Below are positions 36,001 through 41,314 of a stretch of 41,314 nt of DNA, in pieces (within the stretch, counting starts at the first letter, position 1; each line of letters opens with the position of its first letter). The stretch covers positions 1 to 41,314 of the forward strand of contig NIVC01004585.1 in the NCBI GenBank assembly GCA_002269645.1, given 5' to 3'. The position numbers were made by a program, and so were the translations under genes. Under the pieces are notes generated by a model. The model did no database searches and was not told the origin of the DNA. It saw only the letters and a program-made list of their open reading frames with translations. The DNA comes from Macrostomum lignano. Lineage: Eukaryota.

Positions 36001-39000
36001 GCCACCAGCAACCACCATTGAAGTTCCGGATGGCTACCTGAGGGGCTGTCGAGATGGCTACAGTGTCCATAACAACATGTGCTACAAGGTTTTTACGTCT
36101 AGAGATGATGAGATGACCTGGTACGACGCAAAGGCGAGATGCCAACTAGAGGGAGGCGACCTTGCGTCCGTTATGAACCTGGCTGAGCAGCAATTCTTGC
36201 AAGAGCTGGCTGTCCCAAGAGATTGTAAGACATTCTGAGCATCGACGCTGCTCTTCTGAATTTATACCATGTACTCGTAAATGCATGTGGTGCTAAACTG
36301 TTGTTTTCGAATTGCAGTCAGCTACTGGATCGGCCTCTACGACTCCTTGGCCATTGACAGAATGATGTATTTTAAGTGGTCAGACACATCCAAGCCGACA
36401 TTTACATATTGGTTTAAGAATGAGCCGAATAACTATCTGAAAAAAGATGACTGCGTTGAAATCGTCAATATGTGGGGTGGTTGGGTGAGTACTATACAAT
36501 ATTCTAAAACTTCGGAAAACTTTAGCGTGCAAGGTAAAGAGAATCGTCGATTGTATTTTACGCTCGTAAATTTCTGAAATCGAACTTCGACAAAAATGTC
36601 TATCTTTTTAAGCATATCTTCCCAGCTTTCATATAAAGGCGAACTAAAGTTCAAGTATCAATTTTTCATGTGAACAACGGAGAACACTGCATGGCTGCTC
36701 AATCACTACAGCGCCACGGCGCTTCCAGTAAGGTAGTTTTTGGCCAAAAGGCAGTTTTTAGAACAGGGATCAGCAAACTTTCTACCTCAAGGGCCAGATA
36801 AAGAATCCAGCTCGTGGCTGCGGGCCAGGTGAGATTGGAAAGAATGGGGGAGAGAGAAGAAAGAGATGAAAGATGACAGCAAGGAGGAGAGGTGAGAGGT
36901 GAGATGAGAGGCTATGAGAGAAGAGATGAGTGAGAAGAAAGGAGATGAGATGACAGGAGAGAGAAGAGAAGAGAGAGAAGAGAAAAAGAGAGAATAGAAG
37001 AGGCGAGGAGAGGAGAGGAGAGGAGAGGAGAGGAGAGGAGACGAGACGAGAGGAGAGGAGAGGAGAGGAGAGGAGAGGAGAGGAGAGGAGAGGAGGAGAG
37101 GAGAGGAGAGGAGAGGAGATGAGAGGAGAGAAGAGGAGAGGAGAGGAGAGGAGATGAGAGAAGTGGAGAGGAGAGGAGAGGAGAGGAGAGGAGAGGAGAG
37201 GAGAGAAGTGGAGAGGAGAGGAGAGTAGAGGAGAGTAGAGGAGAGTCTTCTCTCTGAAAAAAATTCCTCAAAGGAACAAGGCTTAAAAAATTGGACTCCA
37301 CCAAGGAGAGAGTAACAAGTGTGCTAAGAGGGGTCACGAAGGAGTTCCAGAGTTGCATCAGGAGCTGCTACCAGCCAATTAAAGTAATGCGTATAAAGCG
37401 TCGGCAATCAGTTTGAAAGCCGTAGTTGACTGAATTTTTCATTGTTCATTAAAAGTTTATATTGAAAAATTCTCGATCGTTTCTTTTTGACCACACCTTG
37501 TAATATTGAATTTGCAATTTATTTGTACAGAACGGCCGATGGAACGACCAAAACTGCGATAAAAAGCGCCGGTTCGCTTGCAAACAGCGCCAGAAACCGG
37601 TGTTGGTCCTGCCCCCAGTTACTAAACCACCCGGCTGTCCGGAAGGCTACGACGATGCCTACGGTGGGCAGTGTCTGAAATTCGTCACCGGTACAACGCT
37701 TATGACTGCCACGGCTGCGAAAGCGGCCTGCCAAGCCGACGGGGGCTTTCTGGCTTCAATCCCAACGGAGGATGTGCAGAATCACATTTTCCTGAGGCTC
37801 ACAGAGCTGCGGCAAACCAGCAACTATTGGATCGGCCTCGTCCGCTCTGGTTTGTCCTTTAGGTGGGAGGATGGACGCCAGTTCTCTTATTCGAACTGGA
37901 TGCCTAATTCGATCCTCTATGGCTTGCAAGGCCAGATATCTCCCATACTAGGCTTTTGGCAGATGAGCTACTCAACAATCCAGGGCAACAGAAACTACAT
38001 CTGCCAAGTGAACCAGATTGGATATTCAACGCCCACCAAGCCGCCGACAACCTACAACCCGGAGTATTGCGCGTACAGCTGGGTAGAAGCTAATGGAAAC
38101 TGCTACAAAGGCTTCAGTGCAACGGACGCAGAAAACAAGCTGACTTGGTCGGAGGCCAGAGCCCACTGCAAAAGCCTCAGCGGAGATTTGGCCAGCATTC
38201 ACAACAATGAGACAATGACGAAGCTAGAAGAGACAGTTGGCGGTTCAATTGGCTACTGGATTGGGCTGAACACTAGAGATGAGAACAAGGGATTCGTATG
38301 GGCCGATGGTTCGCCAGCAAACTACTTTAAATGGCGAGGTGACAAACAGCCCGAAAACATCAATAATAATCAGAACTGCGGTGTCCTTAGTCCATCCGAC
38401 ATGAGTTGGGTAATAGACAATTGCAATGCCGCTATGAACTGGATTTGTGAGACGCCCAAGGGTATTTATCCCACTGGAACAACAGTTGAGCCAACAACGC
38501 CTCCCGATGCGCCCGATTGTGGAGATGGTTGGAAATACTACAATGGCTCGTGCTATTTGATGTCAACGACACTTCTAGAGTGGCACAATGCCTTGAAATA
38601 CTGCCGCGACGTGAACGCAGATTTAGCCAGTATTCACGGCAACGAGGAGACCGACTTCCTTTTAAGGCTGAGCAGCAAGCTGCACATCAGCATTGCGTCC
38701 TATTGGATTGGGCTGAACGAGCTGGGCCAAACCAGCGGCTGGTCGTGGACCGATGGCACCGGGGTCAACTACTTCAACTGGAACGTAGGTGAGCCAAACA
38801 ACGCAGGCGGAGCTGAGCACTGTGGCGCTTTTTACTCCAGCAACGGACTTTGGAACGACGACCAGTGTGGAGAGCGTCACCGATTCATCTGCAAGCGAAA
38901 CAACGATACGAGCAGAACGGTGGCGCCTACCACTCCGATGCCAGGATATTGCCCGAAATGGTACTTCAGAGTTGGCAACAAGTGCTTCAGAATTTATGAA

Positions 39001-41314
39001 GATCAACTGCTGACATGGGCGGATGCAAGAGCTGTGTGCGCAAACACTGGTTCAGAAAATGTTCGCGGCTATCTGGCCAGCATCTCGAACGAGTACGAAC
39101 AAGGTCCGTCCCGCAACATTTGATTGCTGTAACAAAATGTTATGTATTAAGCGTTTTTAATGTTTTGTAAATTGTTTTTCATTTTAGCCGCGCTCACCTC
39201 CTACAAGTCATACAACGATAGCAACCTATGGATTGGCCTGTTCGCTCGATACAACATACATTTGTACTACTGGCTTGATAACACACCTTTTACCTACAGT
39301 AACTGGGCTTACAACGAGCCCAATAGCGTTAATGTAAGTAAATATCTTCTAAACATTTCCAAGGAACTTATTTTGCTTGTTTTAACATATTTGTAAAAAA
39401 TTCTAGGAAATGTGCGTCCATATGTACACCGAGAGATTTCGAGCCGGACAATGGAACGACGCAGACTGCAACAGAAAAATGGGATTCGTGTGCATGACAT
39501 ACAAAGATAAGAGTCTCGTAACTGAATGGCAGCCGCCAACCTCCACCGTTTGCGAGGCCAACTGGAAGCCGTTTGGCTCATCCTGCTACAGGTACCTACC
39601 CACTGCCAACAGCTGGAGCGACGCGCAGAGGTCTTGTGCCAGTCTTGGCGCTAACTTGGCTTCAATACACGACGTCTACGAGCAAAACTTTGCCCACTAC
39701 CTGACTGAATCAATCGCCCAGGTGCCAACTTGGATTGGACTGTCCGATGTAAACAGCATGCGAGGCAACTACCAGTGGAGCGACAGATGGCACTTAACAT
39801 ACGTAAACTGGGGCAGCGGTCAGCCAGGCAATAATGAGCAGGCTACCTGCGTGCAGATTGACAAGACAGGCGCCTGGTTCGCCGTCAACTGCACCACTCG
39901 CCTGCCAGCCTTGTGCCGGAAAAGCAACGGCCCGATGCCAACAACGCAGCCTCATCTGCCTGGCACTTGCCCGCCAGAGTTTGTCCCCAGTTTGACAGCT
40001 GCTACTTTGCAGCCAACAGCACAGTTCGCGTCTCGGCTTCGACTGCTCAGATCGAGTGCCAGAGGCTCTACCGCTCTAACCTAGTGAGCATACTCACCCA
40101 GAGCGAGCAGAACTTTGTTGCCGGCCTAATAAATAGCAAAGTCCAACAGTCGGGCACTCGTCGGGACTATTGGATTGGCTTGCTGCGCAGCAGCACCGGA
40201 GGCTTTGAGTGGAACGACCTCAGCCCGCTGGGCTATGTCTACTGGAGCTTGAACGAGCCGTCCAACACGCCTAACGAAAACTGCGTTGAAATGTACGAAA
40301 GCAACAAGAAGTGGAACGATCACTATTGCAGCAAGCTCAACTCGTACGTCTGCAAGATGCCCAAACTACCGTCAACGGACTCGGGAATAACGACCACTAC
40401 AACAGCTACCACCAGGACAACTCAGACCACGGTCAGTGGACAGACAAGGCCTACACAGCAACTTACAACAACGCGACCTGTTACTACACAGAGTCCCGGT
40501 GTTAGAGCTATTGCAGGTGAGAGTGCAACAGTTTAGAACATAACCAGCAAGTGATATGTACTCTAGAGATTTGTGAAATTTTCTGGCTTCAAGCGCCCCT
40601 GAAATTTTACAAGCGTATGTAGAAAACTCTCGATTTTCTTTAAAATGTTCAGAGGCTGCTAAGGAAGCTACATGTATGCTCAGCAGCAGACAAAAGTGTC
40701 CACCCTTTTTCGGGAGAATTTCGACTCTCAGTTAAATGGCAAATCGGTCTTACAATTCGACCATATAGACAAATTTCGCCTATGGGTGGGACGCTTGCTG
40801 AGAACAAGCATGGACAAGAAAGTCTGTTTGAGGCAGAACAGTCCATTCATCTGTTGACAAAATTCCCCGGATTAAATCCCATGATTTTGTGAGCCCGCGG
40901 CCCATGGAATCGTCAATAATGTGTCTCAGTGGTTTTGAATGCATTCCGTGACCGCTAGTTTCGTCAATGGTTAATGCTTAGTGGCGCCCCCGAAATGGTC
41001 TATGGATTTGAGGACATGAAAGAGCGAATGAGATTCCGTCTCATTACTGCCCGAAAATCCATAAGAAGAACCATTAGTTACATTACTTAATCCACAGTCC
41101 CACTGCATGCAATAAACCCATCTGGACTATCTCAATCACTCGCAGATCTGAAAAACGACGCCTTGGTGATAGGCGCTGTTGTGCTGTTCCTAGCCCTGCT
41201 CATTGGAGCAGTTTTGGCCGTGTTTTTCTACCGCCGGCAAGTCGGCCCGAAGTCCGTGGGCGGCGGCGGCGGCGGCGGCGAGGAGTCCGGCTTTGCCAAC
41301 GCGAACTGGTCCAG
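29956..41314 (+). CDS. Multi-C-type-lectin type I membrane receptor (macrophage mannose receptor-like), 12 CTLDs + Thr-rich stalk + TM; runs off the right edge
   Basis: Exons 29956-30025, 30376-30545, 30919-31064, 31601-31740, 31824(or 31779)-31929, 32153-32616, 32713-32795, 33562-33795, 34636-35031, 35139-35334, 35580-35665, 35797-36224, 36318-36484, 37531-39103, 39188-39333, 39407-40516, 41146->41314. Repeated CxxxW...CY...W..A...C...LASI...WIGL...W...EPN...C...WND..C...IC motifs. Three 1-bp deletions must be repaired to keep the frame. Confidence 0.9.
30376..30545 (+). CDS. CTL receptor exon 2, start of CTLD1
   Basis: tttcag|GA GCT; KCPAGWVGRENSNWCYEF...SWDDAKLACEVQHGTLLAMADVSER|gtaaac. 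Confidence 0.85.
30919..31064 (+). CDS. CTL receptor exon 3, CTLD1 middle
   Basis: tgcag|EWVARRV...SWWLGLERTTGVWRWVD...|gtaagt. Confidence 0.8.
31288..31545 (-). mobile_element. tRNA-derived SINE with CORE/Meta-like central domain
   Basis: Minus strand: A box TAGCCTAGTGG, B box GTTTCGATTC, then GTGTCCTTGAGCAGGATACTTAACTCTG...CCCAGATGTAAAATGGG, and a tandem GGGAAGATACGC tail. Confidence 0.85.
31601..31740 (+). CDS. CTL receptor exon 4, CTLD1 end
   Basis: TWYEGH...NCMSI...SCNKMAAYICKKQK|gtaggt. Confidence 0.8.
31824..31929 (+). CDS. CTL receptor exon 5, CTLD2 start
   Basis: DATTCDADDGWETHGDRCYKAF...WEDAR|gtgagt; an in-frame alternative acceptor lies at 31779. Confidence 0.8.
32153..32616 (+). 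CDS. CTL receptor exon 6, CTLD2 and CTLD3 start (1-bp deletion near 32180)
   Basis: DHCNRIESD[frameshift]LVIVND...FWIGL...FVCSRPTGTCATGWYQHRDTCY; 464 nt where 465 is needed. Confidence 0.85.
32713..32795 (+). CDS. CTL receptor exon 7, CTLD3 middle
   Basis: tttcag|G DHVQKFINMY...YIWMGMY C|gtaagt. Confidence 0.8.
32968..33215. mobile_element. Possible hAT-family non-autonomous relic
   Basis: Starts caggtgtccaaaaaactccggcccacggtcaaat, resembling CAGGGGT..CAAACT.CGGCCC hAT termini; identified from recall only. Confidence 0.4.
33075..33190. repeat. CT-rich tract
   Basis: ctct low-complexity sequence in CTL gene intron 7. Confidence 0.85.
33251..33503. mobile_element. MITE-like element with short TIRs and internal inverted repeats
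   Basis: atggggacgcttttataa (33251-33268) matches the reverse complement of ttgtaaaagcgccccat (33487-33503); internal ttcatatcgcct/aggcgatatgaa pairs. Confidence 0.65.
33562..33795 (+). CDS. CTL receptor exon 8, CTLD3 end
   Basis: EIKWTSG...YTNWANGQPQ...RWQ...GFVCEI...|gtaagt; 234 nt. Confidence 0.85.
33894..34414. mobile_element. Non-autonomous DNA transposon (MITE) with about 80-bp TIRs, possibly Kolobok-type
   Basis: gaggatgtgaactaaagagtcagaatggagcccgaaacattgggtcccgatttctctacgcc closely matches the reverse complement of 34335-34413; left flank TTAA followed by AG, right flank TTCG. Confidence 0.8.
34636..35031 (+). CDS. CTL receptor exon 9, CTLD4 (EPN/WND)
   Basis: CEQGWILYGSRCY...[29 protein letters not shown]...YICK; 396 nt. 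Confidence 0.92.
35139..35334 (+). CDS. CTL receptor exon 10, CTLD5 start (1-bp deletion near 35171)
   Basis: VNGSPRPTLP[frameshift]TTTPNFDPFCGPLWRRDPTSNYCY...LASIVTQE|gtgaga; 196 nt where 197 is needed. Confidence 0.85.
35580..35665 (+). CDS. CTL receptor exon 11, CTLD5 middle
   Basis: ttgcag|EKAYIAARIK...GFWLGFND AG|gtaata. Confidence 0.82.
35797..36224 (+). CDS. CTL receptor exon 12, CTLD5 end and CTLD6 start
   Basis: WVAGEPNNAGAGEDC...WNDVAC...CRDGYSVHNNMCY...LASV; ends T|gtaaga. Confidence 0.9.
36318..36484 (+). CDS. CTL receptor exon 13, CTLD6 middle
   Basis: SYWIGLYD...WFKNEPNNYLKKDDCVEIVNMWGGW|gtgagt. Confidence 0.88.
36764..36830. mobile_element. Possible hAT-family terminal fragment
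   Basis: cagggatcagcaaactttctacctcaagggccagata resembles hAT MITE ends; its inner part is similar to the reverse complement of 33190-33212. Confidence 0.4.
36841..37245. repeat. GA-rich (GAGAG)n tract
   Basis: Pentamer-dominated polypurine run in CTL gene intron 13. Confidence 0.92.
37531..39103 (+). CDS. CTL receptor exon 14 (1573 nt), end of CTLD6, CTLD7-9, start of CTLD10
   Basis: tacag|NGRWNDQNC, in frame with ORF 37600-39123; ends EYEQ G|gtccgt. Confidence 0.92.
39188..39333 (+). CDS. CTL receptor exon 15, CTLD10 middle
   Basis: NLWIGL...YSNWAYNEPNSVN|gtaagt. Confidence 0.88.
39407..40516 (+). CDS. CTL receptor exon 16, CTLD10 end, CTLD11-12 and Thr-rich stalk (1-bp deletion at 39984-39987)
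   Basis: EMCVHMY...WND; CPPEFVP[frameshift]QFDSCYF; ...YVCKM...TTTTTATT; 1110 nt where 1111 is needed. Confidence 0.88.
41146..41314 (+). CDS. CTL receptor exon 17, transmembrane helix and cytoplasmic tail (partial)
   Basis: cgcag|AT CTG AAA; ALVIGAVVLFLALLIGAVLAVFFY-RRQ...GGGGGGG EESGFANANWS. Confidence 0.88.

Overview
Eukaryotic, intron-containing, repeat-rich genomic DNA, probably from an invertebrate animal; the taxon cannot be fixed from the sequence. It holds three multi-exon genes that I assembled by hand from GT-AG boundaries and reading phase. (1) A complete minus-strand gene (27296->18765, 19 exons) for a secreted protein of about 1455 aa with 13 WSC domains, each encoded by its own phase 1-1 exon. 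(2) A diverged tandem paralog (11963-><1) with the same exon order. Each of its first six introns carries its own mini/microsatellite(s), and its last five visible WSC exons (1-3131) carry indels. (3) A divergently transcribed plus-strand type I membrane receptor (29956->window end) with 12 C-type lectin domains, resembling the macrophage mannose receptor but lacking the ricin and FNII domains; it has three 1-bp deletions that look like read errors. Between the WSC paralogs, a defective DD34D mariner element (13032-14343) sits in a TA of a 15-bp satellite with higher-order periodicity. A tRNA-derived SINE, several MITE-like inverted-repeat elements and purine/pyrimidine tracts are also present. 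Most long ORFs in the supplied track are artefacts of stop-free tandem repeats. No CRISPR array, rRNA or true tRNA gene was found.
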